Notes: generated from the letters alone by a model not told the origin. A DNA stretch of 64,000 nt from Candidatus Tenderia sp. (GCA_031416075.1 JANOSY010000017.1:1-64000); one strand, 5' to 3'. Positions 29,122-40,559 are shown, counted from the stretch's first letter. Numbers and translations are program-made.

Positions 29122-29961
29122 GTGAGACTGTCAGTAGAACAATTCAGGTGCTGGGAACATAAAAGCATCACCCTGCTGGGAATGTCCGGTGTTGGCAAAA
29201 CCCGGCTCTCTGCCATGTTACGCAACAGCAGCTGGTTTCACTACTCGGGAGACTACCGTATCGGTACCCGCTATCTGGATGAACCGATCCTCGATAACCT
29301 CAAACAGCAGGTAATGCAGATCCCATTTCTGCGTGACCTGCTCAGCAGCGACTCCATCTATATACGTAACAACCTCTCGGTGGACAACCTCAAACCGGTC
29401 TCCAGCTTTCTGGGCAAACTGGGCAATCCTGAGCTGGGCGGCCTGGCGCTGCCCGAATTCAAACGCCGCCAGGCGCTGCACCACCATGCTGAAATTGCCG
29501 CCATGCGTGACGTGCCTGACTTTATCCGCAAGGCCCAAACCATCTATGGCTACAACCATTTTATCAACGATGCCGGGGGCAGCGTCTGTGAACTTGACGA
29601 CGAAGAGACCCTGCAGACGTTGGCCAAACATACCGTCATCATTTACATCCAGGCCACCGAGCAGGATGAGAAGGCGCTGATCGCCCGTGCCGAACGCGCC
29701 CCCAAACCACTCTACTACCGCGAGGCGTTCCTCGACGAACAGCTCGCCATCTATATGGAGGAGCAGGCACTCAGCTACGTTGCCCAGATCGAACCCGACG
29801 ACTTTGTCCGCTGGATCTTCTCCCGCCTGTTCTACTCGCGCATTCCGCGATATCAGGCAATTGCCGAGCAGTACGCCTACACCATTACCACCACCGATCT
29901 TGCTCAGGTGCAGACAGAACAGGAGTTTCTGGCACTGATCGAACAAGCGCTGGAGAGGTAA
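29122..29961 (+). CDS. Uncharacterised P-loop ATPase/kinase-like protein
   Basis: Walker A GMSGVGKT, WFHYSGDYRIGTRY, INDAGGS and PKPLYY; ends 5 bp before metA. Confidence 0.8.
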   Translation: MRLSVEQFRCWEHKSITLLGMSGVGKTRLSAMLRNSSWFHYSGDYRIGTRYLDEPILDNLKQQVMQIPFLRDLLSSDSIYIRNNLSVDNLKPVSSFLGKLGNPELGGLALPEFKRRQALHHHAEIAAMRDVPDFIRKAQTIYGYNHFINDAGGSVCELDDEETLQTLAKHTVIIYIQATEQDEKALIARAERAPKPLYYREAFLDEQLAIYMEEQALSYVAQIEPDDFVRWIFSRLFYSRIPRYQAIAEQYAYTITTTDLAQVQTEQEFLALIEQALER

Positions 29962-29966
29962 CCGCC

Positions 29967-31040
29967 ATGCCACTGGTCGCCAACAGCAACTTACCCGCCT
30001 TCAAACGTCTGGAGATCGAAGGCGAGACCATCATCCCCGGCGATACCGCCCTGCATCAGGATATCCGCGAGCTGCACATCGGCCTGCTGAACATGATGCC
30101 CGACGCCGCACTCACCGCCACCGAACGCCAGTTCTTCCGTCTGGTGGGCGAAAGCAACCAGATCGCCCAGTTCTACATGCACCCCTTCACGCTGCCAGAG
30201 CTGCCGCGCAATGCCGAGGGGCAGGAGCACGTTGCCCAATTTTATGAAACCTTTGAACAGATTAAAGAGAAAGGGCTTGATGCCCTCATCATCACCGGGG
30301 CCAACGTCACACAATGCAATCTGGCCCTGGAGCCGTTCTGGAAGCCACTTAACGACGTCATCGACTGGGCCTACGAAAACGTCACCTCCACCCTCTGCTC
30401 CTGCCTCGCCACCCACGCGGTGATGCAGTTCCGCTACGGCCAGTCACGCAAACATCTGGGGCTCAAGCGCTGGGGCGTCTACCCACACCATCTGGTCAAC
30501 CGCGACCACCCACTGGTGTCTGGCGTCAATACCCGCTTTGATGTCCCCCATTCACGTTTCAACAACATCAGTCGTGAACAGTTTGAGGCCGCCGGCCTGC
30601 ACGTTCTGGTCGAGAGCAAAGAGGCCGGAGTACATCTGGCGGTGAGCGAAGATCAGTTCCGCATCGTCTTCTTCCAGGGCCACCCCGAGTACGACATCAT
30701 CAGTCTGCTTAAGGAGTATAAACGCGAGATCCACCACTTCATCAACGGCGTCCGCAGCGACTACCCGCCCATGCCAGAAAACTACTTCCGCCGCCAGATC
30801 GCCGCCATCCTCGATGAGTACCAGCGGGAGGTGATCACCGCCAAGGCCCAAGGCAGGGCAGCGCCCGAACTACCGGAACACCTCATCACTGCCCAGCTCG
30901 ACAACACTTGGCACGACAGCGCCGAGGCGGTACTCAACAACTGGATCGGCAAGGTCTACCAGCTCACCAACATGGACCGTAAAAAACCATTTCAGGAGGG
31001 GATTGATTTAAGTGATCCCCTAGGACTAAATAAGGCATAA
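29967..31040 (+). CDS. metA: Homoserine O-succinyl/acetyltransferase (MetA family)
   Basis: QDIRELHIGLLNMMPD...TERQF, DALIITGA, CSCLA, PHSR and QGHPEYD. Confidence 0.92.
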   Translation: MPLVANSNLPAFKRLEIEGETIIPGDTALHQDIRELHIGLLNMMPDAALTATERQFFRLVGESNQIAQFYMHPFTLPELPRNAEGQEHVAQFYETFEQIKEKGLDALIITGANVTQCNLALEPFWKPLNDVIDWAYENVTSTLCSCLATHAVMQFRYGQSRKHLGLKRWGVYPHHLVNRDHPLVSGVNTRFDVPHSRFNNISREQFEAAGLHVLVESKEAGVHLAVSEDQFRIVFFQGHPEYDIISLLKEYKREIHHFINGVRSDYPPMPENYFRRQIAAILDEYQREVITAKAQGRAAPELPEHLITAQLDNTWHDSAEAVLNNWIGKVYQLTNMDRKKPFQEGIDLSDPLGLNKA

Positions 31041-31070
31041 CCACGCTTGGGCAAAACATAAAAACATAAA

Positions 31071-31094
31071 CCGCATCGGCCATCACCGATGCGG
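31071..31094. terminator. Hairpin between convergent metA and the PEP-CTERM gene
   Basis: CCGCATCGG-CCATCA-CCGATGCGG. Confidence 0.7.
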
Positions 31095-31102
31095 CTCAAT
31101 GT

Positions 31103-32002
31103 TTACAACGACACTGCCCGTCTCCCGAAGCCACCTAACAACATCAATCCCATCGACATCAAGAACAGCACACCCGGCTCAGGAACCTCCGGCACTGTCG
31201 GCGGCAACCGCCCCGCCCCCGCATACCCCGCCAGCACCACATAATAATCCTCTCCGGCAACAACCTCTTTGGTTGTCATCAACCGTTCTCTAAGCTGTAC
31301 AACCTCATAATCATTCCCGTCAGATACTTTGTTGAACGTTTTATTGTTATAACCATCAACAGAAAATATATCATTGCCATTCACAAAGTATTCAAACAGA
31401 TGATTGGGATGCTGCTGCACCGCCCCTGCAGCAATGCTCGGAAAGGTGGACATAATCTGCATTCCGGCAAATGCCCACCCCATCGCACTCTCTCCCACCA
31501 CATCGGTCGTCAACATCAGTTCCAAATCATAGTTGATCGCAAAACTCACCAGCCCGGTTACATCCGCAGTAAAACCATAGACATTAAATACCCACGCCTC
31601 GGAAGAGCCAGCAGGGCCATTAACATCAGCCTTTGCAATCGCAGAGACAGAGGGATCAATGGTTGCACCGGCAACCGCGCCATCTATTCCAGAATTTGAC
31701 GCCCTTGGAAAACCTGTTGCCGCGGTACCACTGTAATAACCGTACCAAGAACCACCACTCTCTGCGTACGATGAGACCATCCAAACCGGGCCTGAGTACG
31801 GCAACCCCGCAAAGTGATCCACATATGGAATAGGCTGGTTATATACGTAAGGACTCATCGTCCCCGTGGATGAAAACCCCGCCAGATCAAAACTCACCTT
31901 GCTGCTACCTATTACCGATGCCGCCGCCTCCCCCACAAAAACTGATGTATAAACAATGAAACTGAAAAGCCCCGCCACCCAACTGACCATTTTCATAATC
32001 AT
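31103..32002 (-). CDS. PEP-CTERM sorting-domain surface protein
   Basis: Signal peptide; the C-terminus VPEPGVLFLMSMGLMLLGGFGRR gives PEP motif, TM helix and basic tail. Confidence 0.88.
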   Translation of the reverse strand: MIMKMVSWVAGLFSFIVYTSVFVGEAAASVIGSSKVSFDLAGFSSTGTMSPYVYNQPIPYVDHFAGLPYSGPVWMVSSYAESGGSWYGYYSGTAATGFPRASNSGIDGAVAGATIDPSVSAIAKADVNGPAGSSEAWVFNVYGFTADVTGLVSFAINYDLELMLTTDVVGESAMGWAFAGMQIMSTFPSIAAGAVQQHPNHLFEYFVNGNDIFSVDGYNNKTFNKVSDGNDYEVVQLRERLMTTKEVVAGEDYYVVLAGYAGAGRLPPTVPEVPEPGVLFLMSMGLMLLGGFGRRAVSL

Positions 32003-32078
32003 TTATCCCCCATTAATGCATTTATCACCTTACGCAGCGCCACTGCATATAAGTCCAATAAAAACATTCATCAAGGAC

Positions 32079-32094
32079 GCACGCTTTATGCCAA
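32079..32094 (-). promoter_or_regulatory. sigma54 -24/-12 promoter
   Basis: Minus strand TTGGCATAAAGCGTGC (GG-N10-GC) upstream of the PEP-CTERM gene. Confidence 0.7.
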
Positions 32095-32166
32095 ATATGT
32101 CAGAAATATTTATTCTATTTTTTTCAGATAGATACCTAATCCCATATTTTTACAGTTTATTCTCCA

Positions 32167-32183
32167 TGTAAAAGCAGCCGACA
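32167..32183. promoter_or_regulatory. Enhancer site TGT-N11-ACA (PrsR-type candidate)
   Basis: TGTAAAAGCAGCCGACA about 70 bp upstream of the sigma54 site, separated by an AT-rich spacer. Confidence 0.6.
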
Positions 32184-32286
32184 TAAACATTAACAATCAT
32201 CATGTAATTTAAAAACATGGCGAGTACGAAATGCTTGGTAAAAAAGGGGGTAATAAAAACCCCCCACAACCCCCGCAAGACAGTGG

Positions 32287-32715
32287 TCACCCAGATAGAT
32301 ATGCGCGCACCAATTGCCATCGACCATTCAACGATTCAAAAACAAGCTCACCCACCCTAAAACCGCCACCCTCCTTAACCATCTGCCCCTCAAGGGCAGC
32401 GGTTTTTATAACAAGCTCGCGCTGAGTGTAGGTTATCAACTGATCACCTTCGTAACTCGCAAGTGGCTGATTTAATACATCCTTCATTACCGTCTCAAAT
32501 TGCTCGCCATTCACCTCCTGAACCGGAACGCCATCAACAGCACCGTGCAGGGCCAGAGGCAATTTTGAAAGATTCTGCAATGCCACGAAGTCAGACGCCA
32601 TCACCGCCGCCCTGAACTCATGCCAAAACTGTTGCGGCGTATTTTGTGGTTCTTTGGCAGAACAGGCCATAATAAAAAACAGTAAAACAACGATTAAAAA
32701 ACGGCTTTTAAAAAC
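32287..32715 (-). CDS. Hypothetical lipoprotein (start codon apparently degenerate)
   Basis: The frame upstream of the ORF-track Met reads VFKSRFLIVVLLFFIMAC, a lipoprotein signal after a GAGGGG RBS, but it begins with GTT rather than ATG/GTG. Confidence 0.55.
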   Translation of the reverse strand, partial: VFKSRFLIVVLLFFIMACSAKEPQNTPQQFWHEFRAAVMASDFVALQNLSKLPLALHGAVDGVPVQEVNGEQFETVMKDVLNQPLASYEGDQLITYTQRELVIKTAALEGQMVKEGGGFRVGELVFESLNGRWQLVRAYLSG

Positions 32716-33277
32716 GTATCACCCCTCAACTTTTTGCGTGGCCGATCTCAATCCACCCAGCCATCCAAAAAAACAGGCCCACCACACAACTGTTGACGCA
32801 TCGGCACATCCAGGCAGCATCACTCAGGCCATCGATAACCGCGCAGGCTCCACGATGTTTTAGGGAAAAAAGTCACTGCACCTTATCCCCCTGATTGCCA
32901 CCCAGCAACAGGTAATGTGTGGCCGTCTCCTGAACTAAAAATTCAACATGATTGCCGGAGGCTGAGCACCATGACTACCCATCTTCAACCTATTGTTCAT
33001 TTAAGTAGACTCCACAAGGAATAGGGGCAGAGACATTCAAAAAGATCGTACACATTCAGTCTATATGCGCCGCTTCGTATTGCAAGCAAGGGGTAATATT
33101 CACACTTCACCACCAGCGACATCACCCACACAGGTAATGTTTTAACTGTCTGGTGGGAATAGCATCGGTACGTGCATACGTCACCATCAAGGGGGCGATT
33201 TCCGATTGACACCCAGCAGGCTTCAAAGTAGCCTCCTGAATCTATCTTTAAATCTCTCAAGAATGGAATCACGAAAG

Positions 33278-33748
33278 ATGACAATCACACGCAAGGAGTT
33301 AGGCGGGTTCAGCAGTGTCGCCTGTTTGAAATCGATGATTACCGGCATCGAAGATGCACTCGGAGAAAAGGCAACCGCCATCGCCCTGATCTCGGCCGGA
33401 CGTGCGCGTGGACGCCAGCTGGCAACACGGCTGAACTTAACCGCCGCCAACTATGATCTGGAGACCCTGACACAGAAGGTAGCCGAGGCCCTTGGCAAAG
33501 ATGGCACACGCCTGCTACTGCTGCACAAAGTGGTCTGTGAAGGTGATCTGTTTAAAGTCTACACCTCAGAGACCGTCTGCTCTGCCGGAGAGCCAGAAGG
33601 CTCTCCTCGACGCTGCACATTTACCCTCGGTGCAGTGCAAGGCGTGCTTGAGACCGTGACTGGCCGACGCTTGCGCGGCATTCAGATAGAGTCCGTCCTA
33701 CGCGGCGGCGAGTTTGATGTGTTTGAGTATGGCCCGGTACTGCGGTAG
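33278..33748 (+). CDS. V4R-like (hydrocarbon-binding) domain protein
   Basis: R.ELG.F.S..C.K....G.EDALGEKA.AIAL..AGR.RG, ETVCSAGE, CTFTLGA..G.LE and ESVLRG. Confidence 0.7.
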   Translation: MTITRKELGGFSSVACLKSMITGIEDALGEKATAIALISAGRARGRQLATRLNLTAANYDLETLTQKVAEALGKDGTRLLLLHKVVCEGDLFKVYTSETVCSAGEPEGSPRRCTFTLGAVQGVLETVTGRRLRGIQIESVLRGGEFDVFEYGPVLR

Positions 33749-33800
33749 CCCATCGGCTGAATTCATAATCAGAGTCATGAGTTAATTACCTCTGTTTGGA

Positions 33801-33858
33801 TTGCCCACGAGACGCGCTTATTCTGGTCACGTGGGAGCAAATACCGTGCCTAACCTAC
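33801..33858. repeat. Degenerate REP-like doublet
   Basis: TTGCCCACG...CGTGGGAGCAAATACCGTGCCTAACCTAC, similar to the 9556 element. Confidence 0.4.
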
Positions 33859-33859
33859 A

Positions 33860-34450
33860 TCACATCCGCGCCATCTGCCGATCCTGCAGCCGCGCCATCA
33901 CCACCACTGCCATCATCGCCCCCAGCAACGCCATGCCCATATCCGACTGGGTATCCCACACATACCCCTGGGTGCCAAGAAAGGCTTCGGCTGAGCCGCC
34001 TGAAGCAACCGCTACCCACCACTCGATCAGCTCATAAAAAGCGCTGAAGGCGAGGCTGAAACAGACGACAAAAAAATTACTCCAGTGTCGGCCATTCACC
34101 ACACCATGACGAATAATTATCTCGCGGGCGACAAGTGCGGGCACAAAACCTTGGGCGAAGTGGCCAAGCTTGTCGAAGTTGTTGCGGTCGGAGTGCAGCA
34201 ACGCTTTGATCCAGTCAAAGAGAGGTACTTCGGCGTAGGTATAGTGGCCACCGACCATAAGGATGATGCAGTGGACCAGGATCAACCAGTAGACCAGTGG
34301 TGTGAACTGAAACTGTTTACGAGTAGCAAACAGCAACACCACCGCCAGCAGCGCTGGCATCACCTCCAGCCACCAAGTGAAATAGTCCTTGGGGCCGATG
34401 GCTGACCAGACCAAAACAACACCATAAATAGCCAGCCATAACGGCGTCAT
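33860..34450 (-). CDS. DUF2238 (YjdF-like) membrane protein
   Basis: TW.LEV.P, GGHYTYAEVP, RNNFDKLGHFAQG, YELIEW and FLGTQG.VWDTQSDM. Confidence 0.9.
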   Translation of the reverse strand: MTPLWLAIYGVVLVWSAIGPKDYFTWWLEVMPALLAVVLLFATRKQFQFTPLVYWLILVHCIILMVGGHYTYAEVPLFDWIKALLHSDRNNFDKLGHFAQGFVPALVAREIIIRHGVVNGRHWSNFFVVCFSLAFSAFYELIEWWVAVASGGSAEAFLGTQGYVWDTQSDMGMALLGAMMAVVVMARLQDRQMARM

Positions 34451-35238
34451 GATACAAGGCGCTTCTTCAATGTTTTGTTGATGGCACGCGAGGCGGCCAT
34501 GAAACCAAAACTGGCGGTGACAAAGGTGGCGGAGCCGTAACCAAAACGGCAATCGAGGGAGACACCGTGAATGCCGGGTTTTTCGTGGCTGACCGTCCCA
34601 TCTTCCTTGGGGTAGACCTGCTGCTGGCTGGAGAAGACACACTCAACGCCGAAGTTGCGTTTGGCGTTACGGGTGAAGTTAAAGTCACTGCGCAGCCGTG
34701 AACGCACCTTGGCGGCAAGTGGGTCATTAAAGGTCTTGCTCAGATCAGCCACCTGAATCAGGGTCGGGTCGGTCAAGCCGCCCGCGCCGCCCGTGGCGAT
34801 GATCGGCACCTTGTTACGTTTACACCAGGCGATCATGGTCGATTTGAACTGGATGCTGTCGAGGGCATCGATGACATAGTCATAACCGCCCTCCAGATGG
34901 CCCACCATATTCTCCATATTGAGGTATTGGTGGATGGCATTCACCTGACAATCGGGATTGATCTGCCGCACCCGCTCTGCCATGACCGCTACTTTGGGTT
35001 GGTCAAAGGTGCTGGTGAGGGTATGGAGCTGACGGTTGCTGTTGCCAACATCCACCGTATCACCATCTATAAAAGTCAGTTTACCAACCCCGGTTCGCGC
35101 CAGCGCCTCTACCGCCCAGGAGCCAACACCCCCCACCCCAGCCACAAAGATATGCATCTCCCGCACAATCTGCTGGGCTGCCGAACCATAAAGGCGCTGT
35201 ATGCCACCAAAGCGCACATCGTAATCTGTCGAACTCAT
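34447..35238 (-). CDS. tcdA: tRNA threonylcarbamoyladenosine dehydratase (TcdA/CsdL)
   Basis: RFGGI.RLYG, GVGGVGSWAVEALARTG, N.NRQ, DPLAAKVR and C..G.GSA..VTA.FG. Confidence 0.92.
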   Translation of the reverse strand: MSSTDYDVRFGGIQRLYGSAAQQIVREMHIFVAGVGGVGSWAVEALARTGVGKLTFIDGDTVDVGNSNRQLHTLTSTFDQPKVAVMAERVRQINPDCQVNAIHQYLNMENMVGHLEGGYDYVIDALDSIQFKSTMIAWCKRNKVPIIATGGAGGLTDPTLIQVADLSKTFNDPLAAKVRSRLRSDFNFTRNAKRNFGVECVFSSQQQVYPKEDGTVSHEKPGIHGVSLDCRFGYGSATFVTASFGFMAASRAINKTLKKRLVS

Positions 35239-35453
35239 TGAAAAAACCCATCATAAAGTCACTATAAAATGCCGATGATGTTAGCACGGCCCCTTTTACC
35301 AACCCGATCTTTGGTCTAAGTCTAAAAAAATAGGAGACAAACTCAAAATAATCGTTATTATTCGCTCTGACCGCCCTGGAGCAGAGCAGCACAAAAAGCC
35401 CTGCACTACTTACTGTGCACGACCAACCAACCTTACAGTGAGGACCGATACGC

Positions 35454-35843
35454 ATGACCCAAGAAGAACTCTGGTACGGCTTTCTTGAAGCCGGCGACAG
35501 AAGCAGCCCCGTTGCCCGTGACCCAAAACTGACAACCGGCAATGCCGACACCACCTATATATACAACCTTCAGCGCAACGCAATTATCGAGTATAAACGT
35601 GCCATTGCCGAACCCAAGCTGCGTCCACTCAAGGCCAATGAGGCAGAGGCCCTGAAGGAGCTAACCGCCGCCTTTGCCATCGCTTTGAAAGATTTTACCC
35701 CACGTCGTTCTCGCCCGGTTGCCGATGCAGTGCCCATTACCGTGATTGGTAAGAAAAAGGGCAAAGCGGTTGTGGATGAAGATGATTCCAACGATGATAC
35801 CGACGACTTTGACGATAACGTCGCCGACAGCGATGACGATTAA
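35454..35843 (+). CDS. Hypothetical protein with an acidic C-terminal tail
   Basis: GAGGA RBS, WYGFLEAG..SSPV..D, Asp-rich tail and its own terminator. Confidence 0.75.
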   Translation: MTQEELWYGFLEAGDRSSPVARDPKLTTGNADTTYIYNLQRNAIIEYKRAIAEPKLRPLKANEAEALKELTAAFAIALKDFTPRRSRPVADAVPITVIGKKKGKAVVDEDDSNDDTDDFDDNVADSDDD

Positions 35844-35870
35844 CTAGCCCCCCTGCTCAAACAACCGTCC

Positions 35871-35906
35871 AAACAGAAAAGCCCGCGTTAGCGGGCTTTT
35901 CTGTTT
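35871..35906. terminator. Bidirectional intrinsic terminator
   Basis: AAACAGAAAAGCCCGC-GTTA-GCGGGCTTTTCTGTTT. Confidence 0.9.
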
Positions 35907-35920
35907 CTACTACACAGAGA

Positions 35921-37983
<2,063 letters not shown>

Positions 37984-38147
37984 CGGTCACAAGGTATCTC
38001 AGCAAACCCTTTTTTGCAAGTTTGCCAAGACTGCCACGCCGTTTTATTGGCCATCGGCCAACACCGCGGCTTGCCTCAAAACGGCAAAGCGCTTAATCTC
38101 CACGGTTCTGCAAATGATAACCGCGTGGTATGGGGAGAGAATTGAGA

Positions 38148-38804
38148 ATGCTGAACATCGAACAGGCCCGCTTCAACATGATTGAGCAACAGATCCGTCC
38201 TTGGGATGTACTGGACCCCAAAATACTCAATCTGATGACCGACATCCCCCGCGAGGCCTTTGTTCCTGCCGGATATGAAGGGCTGGCCTATGCCGATACC
38301 GAAATCCCACTCGGCCAGGGCGAGGTGATGCTCTCCCCCAAGGTGGTGGGGCGCATGTTGCAAGCCGCCAATATTGATCCACTCGACATCGCCCTGGAAG
38401 TAGGCACCGGCAGCGGCTACCTAACCGCCCTGCTGGCTCACGGCTGCCGCCAGGTGTTCAGTGTTGATATCAACGGCAAGATCAGCGCCCAGGCACAAAA
38501 AAACCTGACCGCCCAAGGGATTAACAACGTCACCCTGGAGGTCGGCGACGCCGCGCAGGGGTGGGACAAGTCCAAACCTTACGATGTCATCATCATTACA
38601 GGCTCCCTCACCACACTGCCAGACGCATTCCAAAAAAGTCTGAATCGGGGTGGTCGTCTGGTCGCCATTGTTGGTGTAGCGCCGGTCATGGAAGCCATTC
38701 TGGTGACACGTACCAGTGACAACGAATGGAGCCGTGAGTCACTGTTTGAGACCAGCATTCCTGCTCTGATCAATGCCACACAACGACAACGGTTTACTTT
38801 TTAG
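38148..38804 (+). CDS. Protein-L-isoaspartate O-methyltransferase family protein
   Basis: ARFNMIEQQIRPWDVLD, PRE.FVP, LAYAD.EIPL and LEVGTGSGY. Confidence 0.9.
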   Translation: MLNIEQARFNMIEQQIRPWDVLDPKILNLMTDIPREAFVPAGYEGLAYADTEIPLGQGEVMLSPKVVGRMLQAANIDPLDIALEVGTGSGYLTALLAHGCRQVFSVDINGKISAQAQKNLTAQGINNVTLEVGDAAQGWDKSKPYDVIIITGSLTTLPDAFQKSLNRGGRLVAIVGVAPVMEAILVTRTSDNEWSRESLFETSIPALINATQRQRFTF

Positions 38805-38858
38805 GGCTAAACACATAAATTAGAAAATACTTATATTAACTCTACCAGGAAGGTTCAT

Positions 38859-39179
38859 GTGCGCCAACTCACCCCCGCCCAACTGATACAGCATCTGCAA
38901 ACAGCCACTGTTAAACCGGTATTACTGGATGTGCGCGAACCCTCAGAGTTTGCATTTTGCGCCATCGAAGGGGCCATCAACATGCCTCTCGCCCACATCC
39001 CGGATTCAGCCAATAAACTGGATCCGGAACAGGAGTATGTATTGATCTGCCACCATGGTGTACGCAGCCAGCGCGCCGGGGCCTTTCTGGCAGCGCAGGG
39101 CTTTGAAAAGCTGATCAATCTCGTCGGTGGTATTGAAGCGTGGGCCTGTGACATCGCCCCGGACATGCCACGTTATTAA
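38859..39179 (+). CDS. Single-domain rhodanese
   Basis: LLDVREP.E, CHHGVRS and NL.GGI.AW......MPRY. Confidence 0.9.
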   Translation: MRQLTPAQLIQHLQTATVKPVLLDVREPSEFAFCAIEGAINMPLAHIPDSANKLDPEQEYVLICHHGVRSQRAGAFLAAQGFEKLINLVGGIEAWACDIAPDMPRY

Positions 39180-39201
39180 ACCCGACACAGGACTGGATGT
39201 C

Positions 39202-40536
39202 ATGAAAACGTTATCTCGCCTGATCACTGCGTTGCTGCTGCCTGCGGCACTGACCGCCTATTCACCTGCTGGCCAGAGTGAAGATCTTGTTCAGATCTAC
39301 CAGCTCGCCCTCGATAGCGACCCGCTGCTGGGGGCGCAACAGTCCGCCGTTGAGGGCAGCAGCTATCAGCGCCGCCAGAGCTACGCCGCCTATCGCCCCA
39401 ACATCAGCTTTGGCATCAACTACAACGACACCCGACAAAACTCCACTGCCAGCGCCACCAGTTTTCTCAGAGAGAATGACAATACCACCCTGACCTATAA
39501 CCTGACCCTGCGTCAGGCGCTCTACCGTAAAGATCTGCTCAGCGGCATTGATCAGGCCCGTGCCAGTGAGCGTAAGACCAACGCCGAGCTGCAAAGCGGC
39601 TATCAAACACTGATAGTACGTGTATCTGAAGCCTACTTTAACGTATTGGCAGCCCAGGATAGTTTTGAATTTGCACAAGCGGAAAAAAACGCTATTGAAC
39701 GTCAGCTGCAGCAGAGCAAGCAACGTTTTGAGGTCGGACTGATTGCCATCACCGATGTCCATGAGGCCCAGGCGGCCTTTGATCTGGCCGTTGCCAGCGA
39801 AATCAGCGCCCAGAATCTGGTGGCCGTTAACCGCCAGGCGCTGCGTCAACTGACGGGCCAGCTGCCGCAAAAGCTGCAACCGCTGGGTGTCAACATCACC
39901 CTCGCTGAGCCTGATCCCGCCAGTGAAGAACAGTGGCTGGAGAACGCCCTGTTGCACAACCGCGATATTCTAGCGGCCCAGGCAACACTTGAGGTCGCCA
40001 ATGAATCGGTCAATATCAGCCGCGCTGGCCACCAGCCAACACTCGACTTTGTGGCCAGTCAGAGCCGTTCTGAATATGACGGCAGCTACGGCGATAATAC
40101 CAGCGATACCACAGCCTTTGGTCTGGCCTTTAACCTGCCACTCTACGCCGGGGGAGGCACCTCAGCGGCGGTCAGTGCCAGCCGCGCCCAGCTGAATCAG
40201 GCCCGCCATGGCCTGGAGCAGCAGCGTCGTACGGTCCAACGCGATACCAGCGAGGCCTATCTTGGTGTTCAGGCCAGTATCAGCCGGGTCAAGGCGTTAC
40301 AGCAGGCAGTCACCTCATCCGAGAGTGCGCTCAAGGCGACAGAAGCGGGTTACGGCGTTGGCACCCGCACAACTGTCGATGTGCTGAATTCACGCCGCGA
40401 GCTGTACCGCGCCCAGCGTGACCTGTCCCGCTCCCGTTATGACTACATCCTTGCCAGCCTGCGGCTGCAACGGGCCACGGGGATGCTGGATGCGGAGGAT
40501 CTGCAGCAGATCAATGGCTGGTTGGTTGCCAAGTAG
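39202..40536 (+). CDS. tolC: TolC-family outer-membrane channel
   Basis: EDL.QIYQ.A...DP, AYFNVL.A, RFEVGL.AITDV.EAQA and G..VGTRT.VDVL. Confidence 0.92.
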   Translation: MKTLSRLITALLLPAALTAYSPAGQSEDLVQIYQLALDSDPLLGAQQSAVEGSSYQRRQSYAAYRPNISFGINYNDTRQNSTASATSFLRENDNTTLTYNLTLRQALYRKDLLSGIDQARASERKTNAELQSGYQTLIVRVSEAYFNVLAAQDSFEFAQAEKNAIERQLQQSKQRFEVGLIAITDVHEAQAAFDLAVASEISAQNLVAVNRQALRQLTGQLPQKLQPLGVNITLAEPDPASEEQWLENALLHNRDILAAQATLEVANESVNISRAGHQPTLDFVASQSRSEYDGSYGDNTSDTTAFGLAFNLPLYAGGGTSAAVSASRAQLNQARHGLEQQRRTVQRDTSEAYLGVQASISRVKALQQAVTSSESALKATEAGYGVGTRTTVDVLNSRRELYRAQRDLSRSRYDYILASLRLQRATGMLDAEDLQQINGWLVAK

Positions 40537-40559
40537 TGTGCCCAAAACGCTTCGCGGGG

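Noticed and set aside
3525-35238. Apparent enrichment of RNA-metabolism genes (RraB, beta-CASP, rnd, csp, hrpB, mnmC, tcdA) as one system
   Set aside because: They are dispersed over more than 30 kb on both strands in separate transcription units and are ordinary housekeeping genes.
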